From: a virus
Taxonomy: Duplodnaviria > Heunggongvirae > Uroviricota > Caudoviricetes
Reading direction: 5' to 3' (one strand)
DNA length: 40,422 bases
IMG/VR virus record: IMGVR_UViG_2563366920_000004
Part shown: positions 27,502 to 35,631 of the stretch, one piece after another
How the letters are laid out: each line of letters begins with the position of its first letter
How positions within the stretch are numbered: the first letter of the stretch is position 1
Notes under the pieces: model-generated
What the model saw: the letters and a program-made list of their open reading frames with translations, nothing else
The model's database searches: none
What the model was told of the DNA's origin: nothing
Translations under genes and position numbers: made by a program

Positions 27502-28977
27502 TTAAGCATAGGGATCGTAATCTGTGATGGCCTTGCCTTGCTGGTTCTGCTGCCCGGGAATTCGCAGACGCTTAGACACAGGGAACGCAAACGTCAGCAG
27601 TAGCGCATCGCCTTTACCCGGTGAACGCCCAAGCCGCTCCTTGATATCTTCCTTCGGTTCGATAACGATTTTACCGTCCACTCGAACTTTGTACTCTGCC
27701 GCCGACAGGTCGTCTGCTGTTTCCTGGTCATCCAGCATGCCGCCCAGCCTCAGCCATGTCTTGCATGAATTGAACATCTCCCCACGCTTGTTGAGCATCT
27801 GCGGGTCAGTAGACGCGCCACCGAACGGAACAAGTTGCCATGTACGACCCCAGCCGTCACCGATTGACTTCAAACCGGTTCCGTAACCGAAGTCGATGAA
27901 CACCGCGTCAGCCTGATACTGGTCTTCAAAGTCAGCGATACGCTTCGCCATAATCAGATCGTCGGTAGTCTTGTTGCCAGTCCACAGCACCTTACTGTGT
28001 AGCCCCTGCCGCAGGTATATCACAGCGTCATCAACGCCGGAGTATGCCGGGTCAACGCCGATTATCACCGGAGCATGTGCAACCTGCGCAGCGGTTACCA
28101 CCCGTTTCATTGCCTCGTCAGTAAGACCGGTAGGGATAAACTGCAATTCAGATGCATCAGGGAATATGCCACGCACACGGATTTTAACGAAGTCGCTGTC
28201 TTCCCCGTAGTCATCAACCCATTTCTGCAACTGCTGTTTGTTAGTGCCTTCCACCGTCCGGCTGTCAATCTGCGCAGTTTTCCAGCGGTGTTTATATTTG
28301 CGGAAACATTCGCGAAAACGCCCGGTGTTACGTGTAGGGTTTCCGAACGCCACCCAAATAATCTCAGTGTCTTCGTCCGTAAGCGCACCCTCGGCAACTT
28401 CCCACACCAGATCCGCAATGTTCGACGCTTCATCAAACACCACGATGATGCGTTTGCGCTCGTTGTGTAGTCCGGCGAATGCCTCAGTGTTGTGCTCAGA
28501 CCAGGGTATTGCGTCAGCCCGCCACCGCTTGTCGTGCCCAGGGTCATTGCTGTACATCGCGGTAGCGGTACAGGTAAACCAGTCTTTCGTGATAGCAAGG
28601 TTCGACCACTTGATAATTTCCGGCCAGGTCTTCGTTCGTAGCTGGTTGTCGGTGTTGGCGGTCACCACGACCTTACAATCCTCGCAAGTGGACATGCCCC
28701 AGTTGATGAGCATTGAGATGAATGCGGATTTACCAATACCGTGACCAGAAGCACGTGCCAGCATAAGCGGCTGATAACGCGTCTCTGGATTCTGCAGGTG
28801 ATCACGTATCTCTCGGAACGCATCGGCCTGCCACTGACGTGGACCGGTAGCATGTGCCAGTTCAGTCCCCTCTTCCCCCCAAGGGAACGCATAGAGGGCA
28901 TAGCCAAGCGGATCGTGAGTGAACCCTGCAATATCTTCGATTAACTGCTCTTCAGGAGATAACGCTGCATCTGTCAC
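27502..28977 (-). CDS. terminase large subunit
   Basis: 491 aa; GTG start overlapping the terS stop; nucleotide-binding-like motif (GHGIGKSAF) and position between terS and portal. Confidence 0.8.
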   Translation of the reverse strand: MTDAALSPEEQLIEDIAGFTHDPLGYALYAFPWGEEGTELAHATGPRQWQADAFREIRDHLQNPETRYQPLMLARASGHGIGKSAFISMLINWGMSTCEDCKVVVTANTDNQLRTKTWPEIIKWSNLAITKDWFTCTATAMYSNDPGHDKRWRADAIPWSEHNTEAFAGLHNERKRIIVVFDEASNIADLVWEVAEGALTDEDTEIIWVAFGNPTRNTGRFRECFRKYKHRWKTAQIDSRTVEGTNKQQLQKWVDDYGEDSDFVKIRVRGIFPDASELQFIPTGLTDEAMKRVVTAAQVAHAPVIIGVDPAYSGVDDAVIYLRQGLHSKVLWTGNKTTDDLIMAKRIADFEDQYQADAVFIDFGYGTGLKSIGDGWGRTWQLVPFGGASTDPQMLNKRGEMFNSCKTWLRLGGMLDDQETADDLSAAEYKVRVDGKIVIEPKEDIKERLGRSPGKGDALLLTFAFPVSKRLRIPGQQNQQGKAITDYDPYA

Positions 28978-29570
28978 TGATTACCATCCTGACGTTCTTT
29001 GAGTCGCTTCCTGGCTGCCGCTATGCGATCAGCAATTGTCACATTCACATTAACATCCAGTCGTTCTTTGAATGCGTTGACGTCGACGTGCTTACCAATC
29101 AGTTCGAGGTTCTTCACCTTGTCAGGCCATTTAATTTTTTTGAGGATTGTCTCTATCGAATCCTCGTTCATGTTCATGATGGTCGATGACAGATCAAAGC
29201 CGCTAAGCGTAGTGCGCCAGATTTTCGGCCACTCGCGGATTGGCTTAAGGCTCCCATCGTCGTTGAGGATATCAATCACGTCCATCTGGTCGATCTCCAC
29301 CAGGCGCATGAGAACGTAATCAGCACTGACGCGCATTCGTTTGTTGCGCTCCTCCATCAACTCGGCAATCCGTTTCTGAATGCGTTCATCGCGCATCATG
29401 ACACTGGCTTTAACTGCCGCTGTATTTGGGGAGAATCCTGCATTAATCGCAGCCTGAGTCTGGTTTTCAGGCGTTTTGATGTATGACTGGCAATAAGCCT
29501 CCTGCATTGCTGTTAGTGGCTTAAATTGCGTTGATTTGCGTTTATAGGCTTTAGGTTCAGCAGGCATCAT
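28974..29570 (-). CDS. terminase small subunit
   Basis: Start moved to internal Met-27 (MMPAEPKAYKRK...) of track ORF 28974..29648; the track's TTG-initiated N-terminal extension covers a non-coding operator palindrome. Confidence 0.6.
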   Translation of the reverse strand: MMPAEPKAYKRKSTQFKPLTAMQEAYCQSYIKTPENQTQAAINAGFSPNTAAVKASVMMRDERIQKRIAELMEERNKRMRVSADYVLMRLVEIDQMDVIDILNDDGSLKPIREWPKIWRTTLSGFDLSSTIMNMNEDSIETILKKIKWPDKVKNLELIGKHVDVNAFKERLDVNVNVTIADRIAAARKRLKERQDGNQ

Positions 29571-29586
29571 AACCACCGTGGTAATA

Positions 29587-29601
29587 GTTACCGTTGTGGT
29601 A
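29587..29601. promoter_or_regulatory. operator-like palindrome TTACC-GTTGT-GGTAA
   Basis: Perfect palindrome within a direct repeat of TGGTAATAGT, about 17 bp upstream of the proposed terS start. Confidence 0.55.
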
Positions 29602-29644
29602 ATAGTAACATGCAAAATAAAGCCGCCATAGTTGGCGGCAGTAT

Positions 29645-29878
29645 TCAAAGTCCATCAAATTCATCGTAAAAACTCTCGTCAAGATACCCTTCCCATTTAC
29701 CGCGAATGAAAATTACATCCTCGCCGCAAGGGTGCTGACTGTCGATAACTATATCCCTCCTGGCGCAACCATACTTATGCATGAGAAATTTAACCTCTTT
29801 CGGAAAATTTGCTGAGTTATCTCTCATATCTTCAAGGTCGTAGCGTATTTTTGGCATAACACCTTCGTGACATGTCAC
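29645..29878 (-). CDS. hypothetical protein
   Basis: 77 aa ORF coupled (4-nt overlap) to the upstream gene. Confidence 0.4.
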   Translation of the reverse strand: MTCHEGVMPKIRYDLEDMRDNSANFPKEVKFLMHKYGCARRDIVIDSQHPCGEDVIFIRGKWEGYLDESFYDEFDGL

Positions 29879-30216
29879 ACTATTAATTTCGTTTCATGCC
29901 AGCCTTTAGTCACCCAGCATTGTGAGTCACCATTACACGGACATGAATTAACTGGAACTCTCTCGCCGCACTTACCGCAACGTTTTCTACTGATCGATTT
30001 TATACGCCCGCGCACGCGTGCATCATCCTGGCGGATCAGTAACGCTATATACTCACCAAATTCGTAAGGCGCACGCCCGGGGCGACGCGCGGCACAGTTA
30101 CGCTCAAGCATTTCAATTTCCTGAGCATCAAGCACAATCTCCAGCTTACGTACACCGGATGCAGCTTGTCTGGCTCTCTGAGCGGCTTTGCGCTCTGCTG
30201 CTGATTTAGCCATCAA
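29875..30216 (-). CDS. hypothetical protein with C-terminal Cys-rich (zinc-binding-like) segment
   Basis: 113 aa; C-terminus CGKCGERVPVNSCPCNGDSQC; last but one gene before the packaging operon, a position where late regulators often sit. Confidence 0.4.
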   Translation of the reverse strand: MMAKSAAERKAAQRARQAASGVRKLEIVLDAQEIEMLERNCAARRPGRAPYEFGEYIALLIRQDDARVRGRIKSISRKRCGKCGERVPVNSCPCNGDSQCWVTKGWHETKLIV

Positions 30217-30487
30217 TATTCACCTTTATCGCGTAAACCTTTACCGGTTTATCTCCGAAGTGCGGATGTGTGATTGTCTTGATTTCATATCCGTCATACG
30301 GGACGTCAATTCTGCGGCTGGAATCGTCGCGCTTCGGATATCCCTTTGTGATAATCAGGCGGTCATACTCGCGGAACATAATTCGCTTATTCCAGTAGTC
30401 ATTACACAGGCGATACTCTTCCGTTTTCTCTCCGCGAATCATGGCATCGAAGTATTCACCTTTAACGGCAAGTTGCAGGTTAGCCAC
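30206..30487 (-). CDS. ASCH/DUF3850-like small protein
   Basis: 93 aa with the pattern AVKGEYFDAMIRGEKTEEYR ... KGYPKRDD typical of ASCH-like phage proteins. Confidence 0.45.
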   Translation of the reverse strand: MANLQLAVKGEYFDAMIRGEKTEEYRLCNDYWNKRIMFREYDRLIITKGYPKRDDSSRRIDVPYDGYEIKTITHPHFGDKPVKVYAIKVNIDG

Positions 30488-30692
30488 GACCTTCCTCCTT
30501 TGGCTTGTGAATTTGTATCGTCATGCCGCTTTGAGTGGTGACTACAACGACAGAACCAGGCTGAAGACTGTTAAGATTGAATGCTTCGTAAAACGAAGCC
30601 AAGGCCAGCGCTTTTTTATTCTTTCGGTTCCACCAACGCCATCCATTGCTACAGGCTACACTGACAATCCACTGTCCACTCCTGTAAGCCAT
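30480..30692 (-). CDS. hypothetical protein
   Basis: 70 aa ORF overlapping neighbours within the operon. Confidence 0.35.
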   Translation of the reverse strand: MAYRSGQWIVSVACSNGWRWWNRKNKKALALASFYEAFNLNSLQPGSVVVVTTQSGMTIQIHKPKEEGRG

Positions 30693-30762
30693 ATAAACCA
30701 GATGAGCAAAACCTGAATGAATGCTATCCAGTCAATAATCGTATATTTCGCGAAGGAGTCCA

Positions 30763-31374
30763 TCACTTCGCCTCCTGCGGCGGTTCTGGTAGAGGCATCC
30801 AGTACAAGGCGTTCCCTAACCACGATAAAGTGCCGTCGCTCAACTCCACGTATTCCCCTTGTACCTGTCCTGCCATATACTCGCCGTGCTTTGAATAAAT
30901 TAAAATCCAATCATCTTGAGCGGGCATTCGCTCACTACAGCTTATCCAACCATCCGGAGTTACCGGATAGTTGCCCGACAGCTCGTTCAACTTGTAAGTT
31001 TGGCTTACAGGTTCGGCTTCCAGTTCTGCAATGCGCTTCTCTGCAGCTTCCAGCTCAACGCGCAGCTTCCCTACCGTAAGCGCAATATCCTCGTTCTCCT
31101 GGTCGCGGCGTTTGATGTATTGCTGGTTTCTTTCCCGTTCGTCCAGTAGTGCCTGTACTACTTCAGGGTTGAAAGCTGCGATATAACGAGCGTTGTTCTC
31201 TGCGTTCTTCTGTTCGTCGAATCCTGGCCAGTCGACAATATCTCCGTGATGATTATCACCTGGTGTGTGTACGGCGTACGTGCCGTATTTGCCCGGCGAA
31301 ATAAATGCGACCCATTCGCCTTGTGTTGCCTTTTTTGCTATCTCACGCAATGCCTGGTAATTAATTTCGCTCAC
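30763..31374 (-). CDS. Ead/Ea22-like protein with C-terminal DUF551-like domain
   Basis: 203 aa; central coiled coil and C-terminal W-x-PLPEPP motif. Confidence 0.5.
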   Translation of the reverse strand: MSEINYQALREIAKKATQGEWVAFISPGKYGTYAVHTPGDNHHGDIVDWPGFDEQKNAENNARYIAAFNPEVVQALLDERERNQQYIKRRDQENEDIALTVGKLRVELEAAEKRIAELEAEPVSQTYKLNELSGNYPVTPDGWISCSERMPAQDDWILIYSKHGEYMAGQVQGEYVELSDGTLSWLGNALYWMPLPEPPQEAK

Positions 31375-31907
31375 TGGTTGCCTCCTTTGCGAAGCTGGGC
31401 AGCAAAGTCAACTAACCACTCAGTCATTTCAACCTTCCCTACCAGGTCTGAACCAGGGTGCATACAGCAATCACTCTGCGCCGCTTTGAAATCCTTATAC
31501 TCATATTCTTGGGCCACCAGATTTTTTGCAGCTTCTATAGCAGCATCCACCCCCTGCGCCCGTACTTCAGCCAGGAATGCGTCGGTGGCTGGGGTGTCTG
31601 ATTGCAGAGACTTTGCGCGATAGTCATTCCACCCTCTTGCATACATGGGATTAACTTGCACTCCATCTTTTACGCAATATGCCTGACCTCCACGGTTGAT
31701 AACCTTGATTTCGCCCATAGCGCCAGACTTCAGCCCCGCATTCTCCACAGCCAGCGCATTAGCACGCACCAGTTGCACTTCCAGTTGCGTTGCCAAATCG
31801 CTGAGCAGCTTTGCCACACTGCGCATATCAACGGCACCACATTCTGCTTTCAGTTCCGAAGCCATCTCATGCCCGTCGGCAACTAACCCTTTGATATTAC
31901 TTTCCAT
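31371..31907 (-). CDS. hypothetical phage protein
   Basis: 178 aa ORF coupled to downstream gene. Confidence 0.4.
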   Translation of the reverse strand: MESNIKGLVADGHEMASELKAECGAVDMRSVAKLLSDLATQLEVQLVRANALAVENAGLKSGAMGEIKVINRGGQAYCVKDGVQVNPMYARGWNDYRAKSLQSDTPATDAFLAEVRAQGVDAAIEAAKNLVAQEYEYKDFKAAQSDCCMHPGSDLVGKVEMTEWLVDFAAQLRKGGNQ

Positions 31908-31968
31908 CTTTACCCTCGCTTATCCACATAACTTATTGATTACATTGATAACTAAAAAGATCGTCGAT

Positions 31969-32316
31969 TCAGAACTCTTCGATGTTCCAGCCACCACCTG
32001 CTTTCTTTGGTTTAACCGTTACCCCGATGATTCGGAACGGATACTGATCTGCGGCGACTTTGGTTTTCACCCTGGCGTCGTCGGTCCAGAATCCCCCTTT
32101 CACTTCGTGCAGCTCCATCTCGCCGGTGGCGAGCATCACAGCAAAATCGGGCGTATAGAACGTGTTGTCAGCTAACCGCAGCTTGATACCCTCAAATCGA
32201 TACCAGACGATTTCTCCTGCACGTTTACGCATCTCAAGGTGCTGGCAATACGCAGATTCTGTTTTGTTCATCTGGCCTGTTTTGAGTCGACCAAGAGCCT
32301 GTATCTGTTTTCTCAT
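31969..32316 (-). CDS. PD-(D/E)xK nuclease-like protein (DUF1064-like; possible Holliday-junction resolvase)
   Basis: 115 aa; motif TPDF ... ELHEVKG consistent with a PD-(D/E)xK active site; located after the replication genes. Confidence 0.5.
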   Translation of the reverse strand: MRKQIQALGRLKTGQMNKTESAYCQHLEMRKRAGEIVWYRFEGIKLRLADNTFYTPDFAVMLATGEMELHEVKGGFWTDDARVKTKVAADQYPFRIIGVTVKPKKAGGGWNIEEF

Positions 32317-32319
32317 GAT

Positions 32320-32334
32320 TTACCTCTGAGGTAA
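32320..32334. promoter_or_regulatory. operator-like palindrome TTACC-TCTGA-GGTAA overlapping the RBS of the nuclease gene
   Basis: Perfect palindrome ending 4 nt upstream of the 32316 start codon. Confidence 0.55.
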
Positions 32335-32381
32335 TTAAAAACCACATAAGACACGAAATCAATAGAGTTTAGAATATTTTG

Positions 32382-32396
32382 TTACCCAACAGGTAA
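32382..32396. promoter_or_regulatory. operator-like palindrome GTTACC-CAACA-GGTAAC
   Basis: Perfect 17-bp palindrome about 65 bp upstream of the nuclease gene. Confidence 0.55.
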
Positions 32397-32433
32397 CTAT
32401 CAAGACATAAAAAAATGCGCTATCGCGCTGGTA

Positions 32434-33210
32434 TTACTTGATAAATCCTGCCGCCTTTCCCCGCCTGTATTCCTCCATCAGCCACTGCGCCGGTGTTATT
32501 CCCCCCAGGGTGGCGGCGTTAGGCATGCACCCGAAACTTCGCCCTGGCGGGTGGTAAACGTCTCTCCCTGTGTCCGGAGGCGTACTCATGGGTTCTGGCT
32601 TTGCCTGTATGCTGATCACCGGATCGGGTATCTGCTGTCCGGAAGCCACCTTTTTCGCCCAATCATCGAGCAGCCTGCGCGCGTGTTTCTCAACCTCAAT
32701 CTCGCTAAGCTGGCGCTGATACATTGCACGGCGGGTATCACATACGACCCAGTACATAACCGGATGCCGCCACGGGAATCTTTCGGGACCACCAGGATAT
32801 AAACTTTTTTCCTTGCTGTACCGGTGAAACTCCGCCATCACATCGTCAATGGTGACGCCAAGAACCATCTTGCTGTCTTTACACCACTTGATGAATTGCC
32901 CTGGCGACGGCCAGAACGGAGACTCACTGGCGCGGGCGTGGCGCATACCAGCGTTAACCTGTTCCATTGTAGTGATCCCATTCTCCAGAAACGCAAGCAT
33001 CCATTGCTTACGGAATTCATTAAGTTTGTTCTGCTCCCTTATGGTCGAAACGCTTGCAGGAAATGCAGCCTGTAACTGGACAAATAGTTCATTGAAAATT
33101 CTAGCGACCTGCTCCTTTTTGCCATTGCTGTCACGCCGCTCTTCATGCACAGCAACACCATGCTCACGTAAGCGATCGTACTCATTGAGAAGTTCTGGAG
33201 TTGATTTCAT
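32434..33210 (-). CDS. replication protein P-like (DnaB helicase loader)
   Basis: Recalled-sequence similarity to lambda P: FPAS ... QW-LAF-ENGITTMEQVNAGMR ... PSPGQF. Confidence 0.85.
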   Translation of the reverse strand: MKSTPELLNEYDRLREHGVAVHEERRDSNGKKEQVARIFNELFVQLQAAFPASVSTIREQNKLNEFRKQWMLAFLENGITTMEQVNAGMRHARASESPFWPSPGQFIKWCKDSKMVLGVTIDDVMAEFHRYSKEKSLYPGGPERFPWRHPVMYWVVCDTRRAMYQRQLSEIEVEKHARRLLDDWAKKVASGQQIPDPVISIQAKPEPMSTPPDTGRDVYHPPGRSFGCMPNAATLGGITPAQWLMEEYRRGKAAGFIK

Positions 33211-34030
33211 CCCACACCCCTTCTATCCAGTCAGTGTTATTCCAGTCAAGCTCATCGCTTTTCCCGACGTTTTTTGATTTTCCCCTGATATGATTTACGT
33301 GCCTGGCGAATTTTTGTTCCCACTGAACCTGCGTGAACACTTTGCCCTCAGCCATCCAGTAATCCCGGAATGCAGCAAGTTCAGCAGGTGTAAATTCCGG
33401 TTCCGGCAGGGCCGTTCCCCACAGCGCAGCACGCCGTCGAAAATCCGGCGACGGATGCCAGCCATCGGTCATCGGAAATTTCCCAATAGGTTCACTCAGG
33501 CCATCCAGAAATGCAGGTTCTGCCACCTGCAACGGCGTACCGTTCGCTTCACTGGTCGGATCACTCTCGCGCGCGTGTGCTATGTGTGGGGTTTTATATA
33601 TATCTTCCTCTTCCTCTTCCTCTGGTAACTCCTTTTGTAACGCTGTTGGCGTTACTTTTTGCGTTACTCGTTTTCGATGCTCTGCCACTCTTCTATTCGT
33701 AAGTGCACGTTTTTTCGATGATTCTCCATTGTGTCGCTCAAAGTTTGGAAGAATTAGTTTGCCGTCATGATAAGCAAGCCATCCGACGCTAATGAGGGCG
33801 TCAGCAAATCCTGTAATAAAAGCGAGTCTATCAAGTACTCCTTTTGTAACGCTGCCAGCGTTACCGTCTATTGTTTGCTGGTCAGCCCATGCCCATATAC
33901 GAACCAGCTTTCCAAGAACAGCATCTGGATCAATACCCAGAATTTCTGCTATCTGAAAAATTTCAGGTTTATCAGGAGTGATAACTTCAACCTTAATCCA
34001 GCTGCTTGCCATAGGTTTCCCCTCTTGCAC
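33182..34030 (-). CDS. replication initiator O-like protein
   Basis: Directly upstream of and overlapping the P-like gene; acidic linker (EEEEEE) and Trp-rich C-terminal domain; DNA-level repeats inside the gene. True start may be Met-7 (34012). Confidence 0.65.
   Translation of the reverse strand: MQEGKPMASSWIKVEVITPDKPEIFQIAEILGIDPDAVLGKLVRIWAWADQQTIDGNAGSVTKGVLDRLAFITGFADALISVGWLAYHDGKLILPNFERHNGESSKKRALTNRRVAEHRKRVTQKVTPTALQKELPEEEEEEDIYKTPHIAHARESDPTSEANGTPLQVAEPAFLDGLSEPIGKFPMTDGWHPSPDFRRRAALWGTALPEPEFTPAELAAFRDYWMAEGKVFTQVQWEQKFARHVNHIRGKSKNVGKSDELDWNNTDWIEGVWDEINSRTSQ
33623..33868. repeat. DNA-level repeats inside the O-like gene (candidate origin iterons)
   Basis: Identical 18-mer ACTCCTTTTGTAACGCTG at about 33626 and 33836, each part of an inverted repeat (GTAACGCTG/CAGCGTTAC), plus extra GCGTTAC half-sites; the two copies are read in different codon frames. 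Confidence 0.5.
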
Positions 34031-34205
34031 TCTTTAGTGCACAAGCAAATTCATTACGATGGCGGTTGGCGCTATTCATTGCACATTCAACACATGTTCC
34101 GTTCAGAACATACCTTTCAGAGAGATGGCCGTGACGGCACCGCTTTCCTGTGAAATAGCGATTTAACCCGGCTTTTGCGGCCTCCATTCTGGTTACTATC
34201 TTCAA
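33993..34205 (-). CDS. small Cys-rich (zinc-ribbon-like) protein in the cII-equivalent position
   Basis: 70 aa; C-x3-H ... C-x2-C motif (CRHGH ... CVEC); between the Cro-like gene and the O-like gene. Confidence 0.45.
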   Translation of the reverse strand: MKIVTRMEAAKAGLNRYFTGKRCRHGHLSERYVLNGTCVECAMNSANRHRNEFACALKSARGETYGKQLD

Positions 34206-34283
34206 TTTTTCCGCCCCTTTTTGTTATTGATATTGGCTATTTTGCACAATTGGAAAATTTGATCAACCAGATTTGGTTTTTTA

Positions 34284-34298
34284 TTACCTTTGAGGTAC
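34284..34298. promoter_or_regulatory. operator-like palindrome, one mismatch (TTACC-TTTGA-GGTAC)
   Basis: About 80 bp upstream of the 33993..34205 start. Confidence 0.4.
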
Positions 34299-34353
34299 GA
34301 ATAGATATGAAAAGACCGCCGGATGGCGGTCTACAGAGGGTTGTGGATGGATA

Positions 34354-34584
34354 TCATGAGTAGAAGAAGTATGCCAGTTCTGCTTTTGAGCGCAGCCATT
34401 GTCTTGTTTTACAGGCTTTAAAAAGCCCATTCATCAATACCTTACCTGGCATTTTGCGCTTGCCTGTTAAGTGAGTCTGGATATAGTGACTCGTCGTTCC
34501 GGCTTCCTGTGCGAAGGCTTCACGCTCATCCGGAGTAAGTGCAAGCCAGTGCTTTTTGAAATCGAAATGTCCGTTATCGCTCAT
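34354..34584 (-). CDS. Cro-like HTH regulator (YdaS/Cro family)
   Basis: 76 aa; HTH-like segment LTPDEREAFAQEAGTTSHYIQTHLTGKRKMPGK; divergent from the repressor gene. Confidence 0.6.
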   Translation of the reverse strand: MSDNGHFDFKKHWLALTPDEREAFAQEAGTTSHYIQTHLTGKRKMPGKVLMNGLFKACKTRQWLRSKAELAYFFYS

Positions 34585-34620
34585 AGCTATTGCCTGATAT
34601 TTATTTCAGATAATAAATAT

Positions 34621-34683
34621 TCACCCATAAGGTAACAAAAATCAAGGATAGTTACCTATGAGGTGCATTTACCTGTTGGGTAA
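34621..34683. promoter_or_regulatory. right-operator-like cluster of three palindromes between Cro-like and repressor genes
   Basis: TCACC-CATAA-GGTAA (34621..34635), TTACC-TATGA-GGTGC (34652..34666) and TTACC-TGTTG-GGTAA (34669..34683) in the 154-bp divergent intergenic region. Confidence 0.65.
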
Positions 34684-34738
34684 TATTGCTTTAAATTGAA
34701 TCATCTACTGATTCATATATGAGGCGATTTTCCAGAAA

Positions 34739-35323
34739 ATGAAAAGTATCCAGGACGTCCGCAGGCAAAATCTCAACGACTTGATCGACCGTGAATTCAA
34801 TGGTGTTCAGACGCGGATGGCAGAAAAACTTGGAACTCAGGCAAATCTGGTAAACCGCTGGGCTCTTGGCAAGAAGGTTATCGGCGACCAGGTTGCGCGA
34901 AAAATTGAAGCTGCCGCCAATAAACCCCGTAACTGGCTTGATATCGATCGCTCGCTTTCTCAGGAAGGTTTTCAGCCTGTCGGACCAAGCGACATTGGTC
35001 AACTGGCGGCTCACAACCTGGAACGCTGGATGAGCGAAAGCCGCGACCTTTCAACACAGGGAAAACTTCACCGTGCATCCGGCGTCGCCCAGGTGACAAT
35101 CAGCCGCCTGTTAAACAATGAGGTCAGCGTTTCCATTTCCACCCTGGAGAATGTTGCATCCGCATTCGGGCGTCACGGCTATGAATTACTGATTCACCCG
35201 CACGACCCTGCGACCATCAACTATGACCGCTCGCGCTACGCATTGTTACCCGAAACCGAGAAAGCAAAGATCGAAAGTTACATTGAATTTGTCATCAACC
35301 AGAACGAAAAAAACAAACAATAA
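34739..35323 (+). CDS. immunity repressor with two tandem XRE-type HTH domains and no S24 peptidase domain
   Basis: 194 aa; HTH-like segments QTRMAEKLGTQANLVNRWALGKK and ASGVAQVTISRLLNNEVSVSISTLENVASAFG; no Ala-Gly/Ser-Lys autocleavage signature; GAGGCG RBS. Confidence 0.7.
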   Translation: MKSIQDVRRQNLNDLIDREFNGVQTRMAEKLGTQANLVNRWALGKKVIGDQVARKIEAAANKPRNWLDIDRSLSQEGFQPVGPSDIGQLAAHNLERWMSESRDLSTQGKLHRASGVAQVTISRLLNNEVSVSISTLENVASAFGRHGYELLIHPHDPATINYDRSRYALLPETEKAKIESYIEFVINQNEKNKQ

Positions 35324-35345
35324 AATCATATTTTTCAGTAAGTAA

Positions 35346-35367
35346 GCCGCCTTCTGGCGGCTTTTTT
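35346..35367 (+). terminator. intrinsic terminator after the repressor gene
   Basis: GCCGCC-TTCT-GGCGGC followed by TTTTTT. Confidence 0.75.
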
Positions 35368-35380
35368 ATTGCCTGTTCGA

Positions 35381-35457
35381 TTACCTAATAGGTAATTTTT
35401 TCAACTCATATCTATTGACATCAAACCAGATACGCATAATTATTACCTCAACGGTAA
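35381..35457. promoter_or_regulatory. left-operator-like pair flanking a TTGACA promoter for the early-left operon
   Basis: TTACC-TAATA-GGTAA (35381..35395) and TTACC-TCAAC-GGTAA (35443..35457) on either side of TTGACA (35415..35420) and an AT-rich -10 region. Confidence 0.65.
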
Positions 35458-35631
35458 CAGACCGAGATAACAAGTTATGCAGTGGAAAATCATCAACGGT
35501 TGGTACTGCGTTACTGCATGCGGATTCATGAGCTGGAAATTCCGCACCTTACAGGAAGGCATTAAGTGGGCTTTCGTCAGCAAAGAAGCTCGCGATGTGG
35601 CCAACGATAACGAGATATGGGAGGGCTGATA

